DNA from: Hemiscyllium ocellatum
Taxonomy: Eukaryota
NCBI RefSeq assembly: GCF_020745735.1
Contig: NC_083401.1
Coordinates: forward strand, 112,837,740-112,901,739
Length of the DNA stretch: 64,000 nt
Reading direction: 5' to 3'
Shown: piece after piece, positions 1 to 14,700 of the stretch
How positions within the stretch are numbered: the stretch's first letter is position 1
Layout of the letters: each line of letters opens with the position of its first letter
Notes under the pieces: model-generated
Seen by the model: only the letters and a program-made list of their open reading frames with translations
Told to the model about the DNA's origin: nothing
Database searches by the model: none
Translations under genes and position numbers: made by a program

Positions 1-289
1 GTGTCTTCTAGAGCTTTCTTTCAAATTCTTCCAAAATTCTTATGTTTCTCATCTGAAGCAGCAAGATCAGTTGATGCCTCTCAGACTAAGGATCTCTCTG
101 ATCGTTGCATTGGACCAATATACTGCTCTTCAAAATTGACAAGATTCACATTGCCCCACTCGACCCTGTACGCATTACATAAATTTCATTCAATTGCACC
201 TTAAAATGCTTCAACTTGCAGATAATTGCTTATTTACATTAATTGATGAGACAAGTAAAATCAGAAGTCTGACCCACACCTTGTAAGGA

Positions 290-450
290 CAAAAGAAATA
301 GCATGGTATTAGGCCATTCAGCTGCTCAAGCCTGTCCTGTCATTTTACAAGATCACAGCTGCTCTTCCCCATGACTGAACTTCTCTTTCCTATCAGCTCC
401 TTGATATTTCAAAAATCAAACCAACTTTTCTTTAACTACTTTCAGTATAT
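290..450 (-). mobile_element. Degraded CR1 LINE 3' end
   Basis: aagaaatag...taggccattcagctgctcaagcctgt resembles the reverse-complement CR1 3' tails elsewhere in the window (18662, 62330). Confidence 0.5.
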
Positions 451-949
451 TATTGCAATCATGCATCTTGATGTCAGGTCACACAATTTTACAAAGGGCC
501 AGAGTCGCTTTATGAAAAATCATCAAATCCAGCCCAAAAGGTGAGCAAGGTGAGCTGGTGGAATTGGGACAGCAGTGGATAACAGCAGCAAGACTCTCTG
601 AGCTCTGCACGGCCGGAGGAAAATGTTGTACTAGGGTGAGAAGTGAGGCTTGGGCATCAATGGAGATAATACATGTTTTAAATTGTACAGAAACTGCAAC
701 ACACACTCTGGTGTATCATGTGCAATTAATGTGCCACTGCACATTAAAATCCAGCACAGGGTTTTCACTCATTTCTCCTTAGGTTGTGTAAGCCGGATCC
801 CATTTTATCTCTGGAGCTAGTGAAACTAATGTTGTTGGCCTATCGGTGCCTTGGAGACTATCCGATTTGAGGCTATGTGACAGGATGATGTGAGGCAACA
901 CCTCCCTGAAAGCTAGCAGCACCCTTTGTGACAGTTACCATGATGTGGG

Positions 950-1100
950 CTGAGAATGTTTTTGAGTAAAATGCTCAGCAGGTCAGGCAACATCTGCGTA
1001 GTGAGGAGTAAAATGCACTTTGATTTGTTCCCTCTCGTCTTCTTTCCACGGATGCTGCCTGCAAGGAATTTCCAGTATCATCTGATTAATTTCAAGTTTC
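950..1100. mobile_element. Old fold-back Penelope-like terminal fragment
   Basis: ctcagcaggtcaggcaacatctg ... cggatgctgcctg..tttccag: inverted arms related to the other Penelope-like modules; ribozyme core not recognisable. Confidence 0.45.
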
Positions 1101-3429
1101 CAACACCTATTTTACTTTGCAATGTGATAAGATTACTTGGTGATTACTAATATATGTTAGAGCACTCACAAGATCGCAAAGAGTTCCTTTTCATTTCTAT
1201 TGTAATGAGGGCAATCTAGACAAGGTCTGAAGCTATGCCAAAGTAAAGAGGTTGACATCATATCTGTGGTGTAACTTGTCTTAAGTTGCAGCATTTCAAA
1301 GCAACACAATATTGGAATGTATTTTCAATAATTCCTTAATTGGGTGCATATTTAGAAGTCTTGCTGATAAATTTACCTCCTTTTGAATGGTGTTTTTCTC
1401 CATGTCCAATTTTATTTGAGCACTGAACTGTCTGTATATCATGCATTTTAGATCTAATGTATTCCCTTGTCATTCAGCTGCCCTCCCATGTAGGTCTAAT
1501 GCATTTTTACAGTATTCTCAGTATGTTCTAACACATGTCTGCCACACCTAATTCCTCCTTCAACAGCATTAGATTATTGTTCTGGCTTTGATAGCAACCA
1601 TGTACCATTCAATCATTTGCATCCTGTCAGTAGTTAATGGGCCTGGGGAGCCACACATGGTCTTTGAAATCAAATGCATAGCTGAATGAGTACTGCAACA
1701 GCAAGTGATCATATAAAGAGCATTAGTTGCTTTTAACTGTGCTGTGTAATAACAAAAACTAATGCAGTTGGGCCTCTGAAGAATATTTTGGAGACTAATA
1801 AAACTAAATAGCTCAAAAACATCTACCCTTTTAAACACATTTTCCAGTGGGCCATTTTGGGATCCTTTTGCTCATTCAAAGAATTTTACCCATATTGCAC
1901 TGAAGTAGGCAGGAAAGGCTTTGAAATGTATTACAGAAGCTAATGTAATTCAGTGATTATTCAGCCATGCAGTTGCCTATACTCTTGAGTCTCTTGAAAT
2001 TTATATTTAATAAATACAGAAATAATGGTTTCAAGATTTTCATTAAATCCCAACCCCCGGGGTAATCAAGGTCACAGCTGCAAACTTAAAATTTGTTAGC
2101 CTTACTTAATGTTATTTGACATGTCAAAATATAATAAATGTTGTACATTTCTTCTTAAAAACAATGCTGGACACAGCCAGCTAAAACTTTGAAAAAAAAT
2201 GTAATATATAATAAGAGTTGATAACTAAATAAGAGTGATAATTGATTTTAGATATATTATTAGAATCTGTATCTGTGTGCCGATACTCATTCATTCTCAC
2301 TCTTTATTCTATGGCACATTCCGAAAGCAAATGCACAATTCTTACTTCCTGAATGTAACTAAGGTCAGTCAGTTTGGTTGGCTGATAGTGCATGCTGGAA
2401 AACTTTGTTCTTGACCACCTTTTTCATCATTTTGATAATTTGCTGTCTTGTGACCTCAAATTACTGATCACTGAAAAACGCATTCTCCGTTTTATTCATT
2501 TTTAACATCTTCATCAAATTACCTTTTAATTTTGTCGAAAGGAGAAAGCCAATTTTTCTAGTTATCCACAGAAATGAAGTTTCTCATCTCAGGATTGATT
2601 TTAATGAATCTCTCAATCACCTTGAATTGCGTGATTTGAAAAGCCCTAATCTTGCAAATCATGCAATAATTTAGTGATAGTAATGCAGTGACTATTAGCA
2701 CTATGTGCTATTTCCGAACAATCATCTCATTCTTTTCTGAATGTGTTCTACCACTGATCTTTTTTATCTCCTTCTTTATAATGTGTGTTGACAACCTTAA
2801 CATTAAATTGATCTTGAATCTTTGTTTTTGACAGAAGAATTTTCCTAGCTCAAATTTATCTTACCTTAAAAAAGATTAAAGACTCAGTCGTCTTCTTCTG
2901 CCCACTCTTCAAAAAAAGCTAAGTATAAAAATGATTTCAGCACAATTGAACTTGCACTAATCACTTAATGCACCTTGAGACAGCTTTTGATAAAGTTACA
3001 TCTAATGCCGAGTTCAGAACTGAACATAGTACTTCAAAAATAACTTCACCAAGGCCAGCTATTTCATCTCCTTATACTCGTTAATCGCGCTGTTCGCTAA
3101 TATATCTCAACTTGTAACTTTGAAAAGTTATACTCAACTTAAAAGATTAATTCTATTTCTTTCTGCATGGATGTTGCCAAACCCATTGTGTTTCTCTTTT
3201 ATTACAATTGCCACTGTCTGTAAACACTGAACAGATAGCATTAACCATTTATACTTCAAACCATTTCACTTTCAAACCTCTTTCGAGTTCAGTTATCTAA
3301 AACATATTGCCAATCAATATGGAATCTGCAATGCGACTTCTTCTACCAAGGTTTATATGGATAAATGTGAGCTGGTGTGTTCTGGGAGGAGGAATAGGAG
3401 GACATCAGTTCTTCAAAAATAAAGATTTA

Positions 3430-4556
3430 AGCTTATGATATTTTGGCTAAGTGTTATTTTGCTGAGTTTCATGGAAGGGCCAATAAGTTTTCTCTTGTTA
3501 TCATCTCAAACTCACCTCATTAAGTTCCAACCACACCCTTATGATGCCCCCTCATCTAATGCTAGCTGAATTCTACCATTCATCATAACTGGAAGAGCAC
3601 ACCATTGTTGGGATACCTTGGAGTAGAATGGTATGCTTGATGCCTGTGCCATTTTTGCAAGGCCATTGAACAGTTGGATAAGCACTGTCACTCCTGAGTT
3701 ACCCTGCAAGGTTCTGATATTTGCACCAGAGAAGGCAGGTGCCTTTTGCACCCTGCTGAGGACCTAGTTGGCAGGATGGTGCAGAACAGGGGCATCCTTC
3801 TCCCCTAGAATTGCCAGAGCATGATAAGTCATCCGAGTGAGCTAACCTGGCTTGGTACGGGGAGGGGTGGGGGCATGGGGAACGAACTACAAAAAATGGA
3901 AAGGCAAGGCAAGGTTGCTGTGGAACATGCAGATAGTCTCAAAGTGAGTAAGTGTTAAGAAAGTGAATGAATAGCCTTGAGATGCAGCCTGGTCCAATCC
4001 ACAAGCTGAGTTGCAGTCCCTGTACACAAAGTCTCCTTGCTCTTGCCTTTCAATACTAGTTCGTGGTGCATCATGAAGTGTAGGTTTGGTGTGCAGCTTT
4101 AGAGAAAAACCTGTAAGTGGACAAGAAAGGTGCAAAAAATGTCCTGAGAGGTGAGCAGGTATGGGATGCCAGTATCTGTAGACACATAGTGTGGCATGTA
4201 TCCTGGACTGTACCCTGAAACATTATTGTCAGATATCCAAAATTGCAGCCTGGAAGAGCAAACGTTGACAGAGGTTGCTGGGTATCCCTTTAAATTTCAT
4301 GTCAAGGATTGATGTTGCTTAAGTTCTTGCATCAAGTGGTAGAGTTGGAAGCTGCACACTAACTAATGAGGCGAGATTTGCGGTTAATGAGACTGTCAAT
4401 AAACAATAATCCCTTTAGTAAACATCTCACTGCTCATTGGCATGAATCTCACCCTGGTACCCCAACGTCAAGAGAGGCCACACATGATTTCTCATGTGAT
4501 TCTCCTAGACTTCCTGTTTTAGCCCATTTCTTTTAGGCCTCTGTAAGGGTTTGCCC
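3430..4556 (+). mobile_element. Internally deleted PIF/Harbinger-derived element
   Basis: 5' region (gctaagtg..tttcatgga..agttttctc..atcatc..aaac..ctcatta) aligns with 46735-46830. 3757-3820 translates EDLVGRMVQNRGILLP, similar to the Myb/SANT-like relic at 47550. The 3' region resembles 51570-51779. Confidence 0.55.
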
Positions 4557-4639
4557 AATAATCATACTTGTGAATATTCCTAAATTAGGGGCAATGAATG
4601 TAAGATTCTTATTAATAAATCCAATAATGACCCCAACAG

Positions 4640-4850
4640 CAACTTCACAACTTTAAGAGTGGTGAAAATGTGGATTGCACTACAATCTAGAGCAGTTGAA
4701 GTGAAAAAACATGAGGACATTTAAGCGAGATTTACATGTACATGCAGGGAGGAGAAAGGAACATAAGATCAACTTGACAGGATAAGATAAAATTAAGTGG
4801 GAGAAGACCTGTCTGCAGCATAAACACCACCACAGACCAGTTGATACAAT
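4640..4850 (+). mobile_element. Degraded CR1 3' fragment
   Basis: agagtggtgaaaatgtgga...gcagttgaagtg...catttaag...agcataaacaccaccacagaccagttg, typical CR1 3' region. Confidence 0.5.
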
Positions 4851-6924
4851 TATGTAAGTTAGGTAAGTTTTACTGGATTGTAATTTAGAACTTTATCTTT
4901 GCACTCTAGTGCCATGAGTGAATCACATTTTAGTACATTTAATTCATTTTTCACTTCTACTTGAACAGCAAAAGATATCTATTTGGAAATTTGCAAACTC
5001 TGCAAATATCTCTATCAGCATTCATATTGTTATGCAAAGATCAGAAGACGTTAGTGTGCATCACGCTGTGAATTGATCTGGATTATTGAAATTTAAAGTT
5101 TGTGACCTGTTTGAATATAAATTAGAAACAACTGCTGTGATATAAAAAATTATATCTGATCAAACAAAAACATTAAATGTATTTTGAAACAAGACATTCA
5201 AATCTTGAAATATTTTTAAAGGTTCAGAGGAATCTAAAACTGCATGCCTTTGCATTCTTTATCTTAAATTTTAACATAGTTAACTATTTACTTCAGCTAT
5301 CTGTTATAAACTAAAAACGAATGTTCAATTTAGATTGAATAGAAAGATTGCCAATATTTTGGAAAGGCTGCAAATGTAGATTCACAGCATTAATGTCTGG
5401 TATTTTTGCCTATCATGAGACTAGTTTGCAATTAACTTTGGTTATGAAGTGATTGTAAGTGTATTAAATACGTAAAATATGTTGCCTCTTTGGCATATGG
5501 TGTTTTTAGAATTACATTAATGTGGCTGTTTTACATTTAGCACTGTTCTCTCTTATTAATATTTAATGTTATTACTCATTGCTTGGACATGTTACCTCTC
5601 TCAGTTCTTGAAATGGTTAAAGAGTGATTAGGAATAAGCAACAGACACTTTTAAGTCCCAAGTATAAGGCACTATTATCTTTAAACATTTGATTGTACAT
5701 AGCTTAAATGTGGAAGACATCCTTCAGTACCATGTGCTACTTGCTTAATATCCTGTTGCAAAAAATAACTTTGATTGAGGAGAGTGAAATCTCTCTATGA
5801 GCCTTGTTGAAGATTTATCTTTTCTTTTTATTCAATGCCTGGATCCTTAATGATCTCTAATGGAACAGCTTTGTATCCCTTTGATCAAAATCAAGTCTGT
5901 TCCCTATCCATCTTTTGTTTGTCCTTGCACTGAAGCTCTTAACTATTGCTACACAATATAGCCAGATGCAAATGAAATCCAGGTCACTGATCAGGAGATT
6001 TTTCTTATGCACGAATGTTCTGTTAAACATTTTCCTCCCTGCAGTTTTGGCTTTTACAAACATCTTGAGGTATTACATTATTCATAACAGTACAGAAGTC
6101 ATGTGGCCTCCATGTACCTGCACTCTCAAGATCAAACTACTTTCCACTTTATATAAAAGCTTTAAAGCTTAGGTACTGCATTAGCCCCATTCATATTATA
6201 GATGTATAATATGAATAAACTGCCCTAAGTAACACTACTGGCAAACCTTCAGCAAAAGTTTTACATTTTTCATATTGCTCTGTATTTAAAACATATTATT
6301 ATTCTATTTACTAATAATGAAGCTATGAAAATCAACAGTGGCAGTCTGGCATCAGTGTGTACAAAATAAACAGGAAAAAGAAAGCTCCATCTCCAAATTC
6401 CAGTCTATCCTGAATGAGATTCCCATCTTCCAATCCTGGGTGGTTCAGTTGCAGTACTAAAAGAGTGATAGAGAGGAAGGAGCAAAAGCTCCTCATACTT
6501 CATGCTATACGTGTAGCTCCAGAAGAGTAGTAATACATCGGAGTGGAGGCGGGCAGGAATCACCTGACTTCTTGGAGAGTGGTTACTTCCCGAATCCGCC
6601 CCGAACTGGTCATTAATTAGAATCGATGCTCCAGAGTCACCTATTTTACCTCCACTCATTTCATGCTATCACGAGTGTTTGAGGTGGATGTGAAAATGTT
6701 GCAAAATATGAAAATAACTCATCGTAGAAATAGGAACCCAAAAAATGTTCCTGTCTGTCAAATCTAGCAACAGGACTTAGAAGGCTTGCTCTCTCTCTTT
6801 TTCTTTTCTTATATCTTAGTGCTGGGTGAAAAAAGCAACTTGGAAAAATAACCATTAACTGAGAACATCAAAATTCTACACAGTTCATTATCAAGGAATA
6901 AATAAAACAACAGCTAAACAGCAA

Positions 6925-7021
6925 CAAAAGCCAAAATTCTGGAGAAACCCAGCAGGCCTGGCAGCATTTGCAGAGAGAAATCAGAGGTAATGTTTCGAGT
7001 TCAGTTACCTTCCTTCAGAAC
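6925..7021 (-). mobile_element. Penelope-like 3' terminal module with decayed hammerhead
   Basis: Minus strand reads gttCTGAAGGAaggtaactgaactcGAAAcatta...gctgccaggcctgctggg; related to 24183 and 61722. Confidence 0.65.
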
Positions 7022-8658
7022 GCAACAGCTAAATACCAATGGGCTTAGGTTGCAGTCTTGCAACTCAAGAATTCTAAGAACTTTAAACTGCATTTTCATT
7101 TTCTTTCTGTTTTTACCAGATATTTTCTCATTCTTTTAAACCTATTACCTATATCTATTAGGTGTCATGTTTTATGTTATTTCACTGTTAGTAGGTAGCA
7201 AAATTTTCTTTCTTTCAAGACAACTGTAGAATTGTATCCTTTGTTTTGATCTAGTTAACAACATTCTAATTGAAACGGGATTACTGTGTACAAAATAAAC
7301 CCCCAAAGGTCCTTGTTCAGACTGACAAAGAGACAGTTAAAAAGAGGGAACTGATTTGTCCTCTTCATCTTGTTGTAACACTAACTACCAAGTTCCTGCC
7401 TGTATCAACATTGTAATGGAAATAGTGGGTTTTGTGCAAAAAAACCCTCAAGTTCTTGCTAAAATTCATTGGCAGGATGTGGGCATTGTGGATCTGGTGT
7501 CACTTGTAGACCAGACCTGTTAAGAATTTAGTGTTAGCTTTGATGTCATAATGGTTTGCTGCAGTGTTTTGTATTAAGTTAGTCTAAAGCTACAGAACAT
7601 TGTCCATGAAGTGTATGCACTCTGCTCTCCTGCCACCTGTGTAAAGTGAATATCTCAGCTGAGTCAATTCTTTGAGTGGAACCTTCCCCTTCTTGTGGTG
7701 GCTTGAGTAATGCTGAGAAAGGTTGAGAAGTTAAAAAAAAATGACATTGAGAAAAGATTTTTCCAATTTTTATCCTCAGACCATAAATGGTAACTTCAGA
7801 ACTTTGCCACTGAGTGGCAACTACCCCATTTCCACCTCACTGAAACCTCAAATCATTTGAGTTCTATGCCATTAACAATTCTCCTGTCCTTCACCATGAA
7901 ACGTGGGAATGCAAATTTCTGACATGATAATTAAAGCTGATACAAGGCAACTGTAACACACCAATTATGGCTGGCTGTTCCCCAGTCATAATGCAACTTC
8001 AAAACAACCTCCCTTTATGCTCTCTGGCCGCCACCCTCCCTGATCCTTTTTCTATGCAAAAGGGAGTGGCTTGTGACAGTGGGGAGCAATGAACAGTCAA
8101 CCTAACTGTCAGACAGTGGGGAGATTGATTACTGTGTAGCACTGGATTATGTCCATGTCAGAGCTCCAGTAGATGCCAGCAGTTTATGCAGCTCTCATAC
8201 TCCATGTACTTCAAACAAACAATAATGTGAAAGTCAGGGGTAACAGACTTTAAGGGGGACTACATTCAGTCACGAGGCATCGCCACAGTCAGTCAAGGGA
8301 CTCATCCTGTTCCAATCCAGGGGAATGGCTATGATCAGTCAAGCACTTGGTTCTTCCAGAGTTTGGTTTCCCATGTCCTTGCAATCTGGGAATTGGGACA
8401 CGGCTTGTTCTGTAGATCAAATGCAACCAATCCAATTTCATAACTACAAAACAATGGATAAAGTTATTTCAGCAGTGCTGTCCTCTGAAATCCCTCAGCT
8501 ATCATTTTGTGCTCTGTGCTGATGCGCAAATAATCAAACAAAATTCATCAGCAAATTGTGCAACTGTTTTATTTTGCTATATGTTATACATCTAATGTCA
8601 GAATTTTCAACATGGGAAAGACGTCGATTAAATTCTTTTGTTTGTGCCTCTTCTTTTG

Positions 8659-8785
8659 TCATAGAGTCATAGAGATGTACAACACGGAAACAGACCCTTC
8701 GGTTAAACTTGTCCATTCCAACCAGATTTCCCAACCTAATCTAGTCCCACTTGCCAGCACCCAACCCACATCCTTCCAAACCTTT
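8659..8785 (-). mobile_element. CR1 LINE 3' tail
   Basis: tcatagagtcatagagatgtacaacacggaaacagacccttcgg is the reverse complement of the young CR1 tail at 17280-17402. Confidence 0.85.
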
Positions 8786-11700
8786 AAGTAACAATGTTCA
8801 AAGTTTCCTGCTGTTTCTTTTGAAATAGGCTTTGACGTGTTTCCCCCTCCCCCTCCAAACAATAATTGTTAAAAATCACTTGCAGCAAACTCTCTTTAGG
8901 ATTAGATCTGATTTATGGTTTATTCATGCATCCACGCCTAGGTGATGATTGCTGCAGCACATGTACACATACCAAAAAGGAAAGGAAACGTTTACAATTA
9001 TGAATACCGTAAAGGTCAGAGGTACGGACAGTAATTCACATGATTTTTATTTGTATGCACAAAGTAATTTTACAGTTCTTTTCTGTTTGTGCATTTGTTT
9101 ATTCTGGCAAGTGCGGTTGTCTGAAGTTACAAAATGACTTTTGAAGTTGGTCATGGTCCAGTAAGTTGAGACTGGGGTACAAACTAGGCTCAGTTAAGTA
9201 CATTCTTTTTGTGGAACTAGGTTTTGAAGAGGTTTAGAGATGGGGCTGGCTTATCTCTCCTTGGTGCCTGGTTTCTATCAAGGGGATTTCTTAAAGGCAT
9301 ATACAATTTTTGAGAGCCTTAAATTGTTTGCAGACTGTACTATTGACAGTAGGCTAAATTCTTTACAGACTGATGTAATGGGGTCCAGAGATTACAATTG
9401 TCCAGAGACCCAGAGGGGTTTTGGTCATGTGATTATTCCACTCTGAACCTGGTTCAACTTAATGAGTTCCTGTGCTATTCGTCAAAAACAATTGTTCATT
9501 GAATGAGATAGACTTTGAGCCACAAGCATCAATTCAGGCATAGCAAGTTTCAATAAGTTTTTTTTGTCTACCGGACACCTGTTGGGAAGATGCACCAGCT
9601 ATCACAATTTATTTTATGTTTACTGACTGTGAAATCCATACAATGGCAGCTGTGAAATTCTGGCAACCATTTTCCTCCACTTTAGAACTGAAATTCCCAA
9701 ACAATAACAACACATCACAAATCTTTATCCTGCTCAGTAGTAAATAATTGCAAAAATCAAGTAACAGACAGCCAAGTCCAATTTAAAATAGACAAGGAAG
9801 AATAGTTTTAAAATAATTTATAATCACTTTTGAGTCTGGAGACTAGACAATGCTTTACCATGATTTTGACCCTGACTGTTGAATCAATATGTCACCTAGA
9901 ACATACCACTCTGTCATATTCTAAGCAATCTCTCTGTGGAAGGAACCAAGATCCTGCCAGGCTGTAACCTTCAATGACAATTGTGAATACCAATTTGTTA
10001 TGATTTTGAATAGTCCTTCTGTTGTTTCCTGCTTCGGGAAACATTTTCTTCTACCCATTCTCTAGTATATCCACCATGACTTGCATTAGGATGATAGACT
10101 GGAGGAAGTTGACCCTGAGAAACAATAGTCTTCAGCAGACTTGCAGTGGGCATGCTGTTGAAAACATGTTCAACGCACACACGGACTTAGGCTGCAGAGG
10201 AACATTGAGCAACAATGAGGTATATGAATTCCTGCCCCAAGGCTCTCTGAATCAATTCACATAACTCAGTGAAGTCAACTGCGAGAGCTATTGTTGATTA
10301 TAGCCCAAGGTCTTAACAGCAGCTCTCTGAGTACCTATCCGGATTGTCTCTGCTGCACATTTGGCTTTTGCTGGTGAATTTCAGACGCAGCATCATTCAC
10401 TGCAGCTCAATCACACACAGAATACATCTGTGCAAATATGGCTTCTGGATTCCTTATCACACCTAACAGCAGATGAGACGCAGCACAAGTGACTCAAGTA
10501 AACAAGCTACTCAAACAGCTATCTCCTTTAGAAAGGAAACCCATAAAGTCAGAATCACTGGAGTTACAGCAGAGTCTAAATAATATGTTTAGACTCTCTT
10601 GCTGCCTGTTAGAAACTGGGAGAGCAGGCAGCTAAAATTTCCTTGGGGAGAGATCTGGACACATGTTCTCTTCCTATTCCTTCAGTCCTTGGCCGCAGTC
10701 TCCTGCCATCCTGTATTACATTCTGCCTGCAGGCCAGCTGCACTTCCTACCACTTCCAGCTGGGAAACTGATTAGGTCAAGCAAATGAAATCCAAATTAA
10801 AATATCAGAGGCACACACTGGCAGAATCAAGATCTTTTCCAGCTGATCCCTGTCCCTTGTTACACTCATGGCTCAAGTGTCTGTTCTTTTGTTGCTGTCG
10901 CCACTTTCTGCTCCTCAGTTCTTGAGATTGTGATTCAGTGCCAGCACCTTGAGTTCATCATCCAGGGTGTGTATTGCTCTGCTGCTGCCTGGCAAAGTTG
11001 CAGAGAGTCACGCAAGATGCTGTGTGTGCTGACTTGACTGGCAATGAGGGCATTATCGTTAGCTCTGCAGCTCTGCCAGGTCTACAAAGGCAGGAAATGA
11101 GCAGGTGTCAAAATACTTCATCAAAGCAACATTTTTGATCAGACTACCATGATATGAGTGAAGTGACTGAAGTCGTGTTTATATGTGCTGATAGTTGAGT
11201 AGATGACAAGGAGCAAAAAAAAAGAACAAAAAATTCCACTGTGACTCACATAAATAATGTAAGTGGTTTCACGCAAGTTCTGGAGGCATAGTTAGGACAG
11301 GTAAATGACAATGTATCTCCTAATTTATACAAAATGAAAATGCAACATACATTTAGTTAATAAGAATACTTTGAGTGAAATTTTTTTAACTTTTGTCGAT
11401 GGCACAGTTTGAGTCATGTAATCACTTATATTTTCCCTTTGCTATTGTGTAAGTACATTCAATGTAGGCTTTTCCTCATGATAGCTTTGTTCAAGACAAT
11501 TTTCTAATGAAGATTTCTCTAATTCAGGACAAAATTATCTATTCATTGAATAGACTTCAATTGATGTCAGGGTAAGAAACCTGTCCATGGGCCTTCTGCC
11601 ATGGATTTAATTGAAATAGGGGAAAGAGAATCTTGGGATCCATACCTGAATGCACTATGTCACCAAAACTACTAGAAAGGACAGTACAAGATGCAATGGA

Positions 11701-14700
11701 TCGATGTAATCTTTCCTGAAGAAATAGTCAATGATGTCTTCCAAAAATTTCATAGCATAAAGTTTTTTGTCATGATTTACACTAATAATGCTTTTTGTAT
11801 CAACCCAACAAATCAATGGTCACAAGACATTACCAAATGTGTTTTTAGAGTATAGTATGAAATAATCGCAGGCCTACATTATCTCATTCAAACATGACCA
11901 TTTAAATACCCTTCTTGAACAATTAACTGTCATAGTGCCCAAACAACAATGCAGTTAATGGCAAACCAATCTTTAAGTTCTGCCATGGAATTCTCAGCAT
12001 CTACTATAACTGTGATAGACAGTTTATAATTACAGCCAAAGGACAACCTACTGCTGTGAAGTCTAAATTAGGTGCTCAGGATCTAAATAATCTTTGAATC
12101 AACAACCTTATAACTTAGCTATAGAAGTGTTATCAATGAAGTTAAGATGAAATCAAGAATATCTGTCTTGATAGCTTGAATGTTTGAATTCATGTTTTGT
12201 CTCTTGAGATAATTTTGTCTGTAGACTTGATATGGATATGGTTTATTTTGAAATAGATAATCAAATATGTTTCAATTATAAATGATTTGTCTTTAAATAT
12301 ACTGGGTAGTATTCACTGAATGGCTCCTTGCAAATATTAAAATGCTCAATTTTACTCTGAAGACCAAAACCATAGCAACCAAATCAATGATTACTGTATA
12401 AAATAACTTGCAAAGCAACTTTGAATAGTGATCATTCTGTGCTTTTCTGATAATAAATTGAGTATCTGCAAACAACTTGAGAGCTCAAATACTCAATTTT
12501 CTTGATTGTCCTTGTATTTCAATCTCTGGGCTCTGAACCGTAGATAAGTATATGGTAAACGAAGAGTAGTAGGAATACTCCTTAGTTTTTTTTTCCATAT
12601 CTTTCTGAAGTATCAGCAAGTGCTTCTGAGTCAAATTTGTCCTTCTACTAACCTCCACAGTGACAGATGAAAATAATCTTACAACGTATACAAAACTCTT
12701 TGGTATTTTAATGGGCATTTCATTGATTGATGTCGACTGATCCTTACCTAATACGTAATGGTGAACTTTATGCTTCAGACCCCATTCTTCACCAACCCTC
12801 TAAAGCTGCTCTGTGAATAACTAGAGTTTTGCTTCTGTGGAAAGGTCGATGAAGCCCATATTATTGGCATAGTTGAAATCAATCACATAGATGGTTCCTA
12901 CTTTAATGTCATGGTGCAAACTATTTCCCCAATTTTTCATTATTTGAAAAAGAAAGCTATTGAACAAGAATGAAAAAAAAACGTCGTTGTTCAAATTTTC
13001 AGAGGAACCAATTATTAAGTCTGTTTTTTTTATCTAAACATCACATTTAGAGATTGTCTGCATTTTGTTGTGATTAATATTAACTTCCAGTCAATGCCTA
13101 TTGATATAAACATTTGCCATATAACTTCTCACTGTATTCTACTGCAAACAGGCTTGCAGTTCATGAATTATGTGTGCAGTGATATTTTAAACTCACTACA
13201 CTTTGCAGATGTCTTCTGCTTCCTCTTACCCATGTAGCTTATGAAATTTTCTGATGAGATCAGAATGATGCAGTTTATTTTCCACATTGCATATTTACAA
13301 AACCTTTTCCAATACAGATTATTGTTATTGTTTCTTATTTTTGGATGAGAGGTTGCAGAATGTGATATTGTACTCAAAAGTACCAGCAATTCGTTCACTG
13401 CATTTTCACTGTTACATAGCAATTAAAACAATATATCCACTTGGTTTGCTTCCAGGCTGATTCCAGTTTGAAAGAAGTCAAGCATTCAGAAGCAAGTAAA
13501 TGTTGAACAGCTGTATTGCCACAAGCTGCATTGAGAGTTAATAATGTGCTGCTTTTGTCATTTATTGAGATCTACTTTGAGATAGAAATTCAGCAACCCA
13601 CTGATAACTCATATCTTTCAAATCATGAAGAGTACTGGAACATTAATAAAAACACACTTTTTTGAAATACTGCTGTACTTCAACCTTTGTAAAATCATGA
13701 ACCATTTGGCCACATCTGTACTTACTGACCTGCTTGGACCTTTTCATTTTCAAATCCCTTCTGCAAAGCCTGATTAACTCTATTACTATCTACATTTTAA
13801 GGGATATTTGCACAAAACTGCCAGCTGGTTATATGTCAAGAACCATGGAATTAATATAATTCTAAAATTTATATTAAGTTTTCCAATTTAATTCACTAAA
13901 TCAATTGTGCAGGGGCAATTCAACATTACACCCATCTAAATGCTCTTTTACATATACTTTGCAGCAGTTCTAGTTTCTATCACTTCTTCAATGTTACTTA
14001 ACTCTTTAACCTATTAATTTCATGAGTTAGAAACGATGAATAAAGATTAACAGGTGGATAGTTGTTCAGTGGGGAAACATCATGGTCGAAAGACTTTTTG
14101 GATGTCCAATCCTGTATCCTGTTTGGTCTATTTTTCCATTAAATCTCTTTAAGTTAGTTGTCCCTTCATTTCTTCTTAATGTGTTAACTGATTCTTATTC
14201 TTTCAAAACTCTTTTAAATCTGTAGCATCTCAAAGCTGTTTGCCATCTGCTGTCTTCAAGCTTGTATTCTTCCATTAATTCCATATTGTTTTAACATTTT
14301 TGCCTTAAAATGAATTAAATATTCTAAACTCTGTTGCATAACAATACAACATGCAATGATTCCAATAAAGCTTTAAATTGTGTTCACCGGCAATAATGTA
14401 TCGCATTACTTCTTTCAAGTTTCAAATTGTAGGAAATATTAACACTGTACCCAAGTGATTTATAGTTCTGCCTTTAAAATGATCAAAATGGAAAATGATG
14501 GCACAGGGTGAAAGGTTTCAGATTCCTGGGATACTAGGACAGACTCTAGGGATGACATCACCTCTACAATGAGTAACTTCACCAGATCTGGAACTGAGTT
14601 CCCTATAGGCCATTTTGGGAGTGTTATTGGGCAGGTTTTAAAGTAACTTGGCAGGGGTGAAGGAATCAAGGGCAAAGAGTAAGGAAGGAAACTAAGCTTT

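Noticed and set aside
7804-7820. Hairpin ttgccac-tga-gtggcaa
   Set aside because: A 7-bp stem is expected by chance in 64 kb.
10950-11083. Possible minus-strand exon (TWQSCRANDNALIAS...) after a good acceptor
   Set aside because: Poor donor (GTGCTG), unrecognisable peptide and no supporting neighbouring exons.
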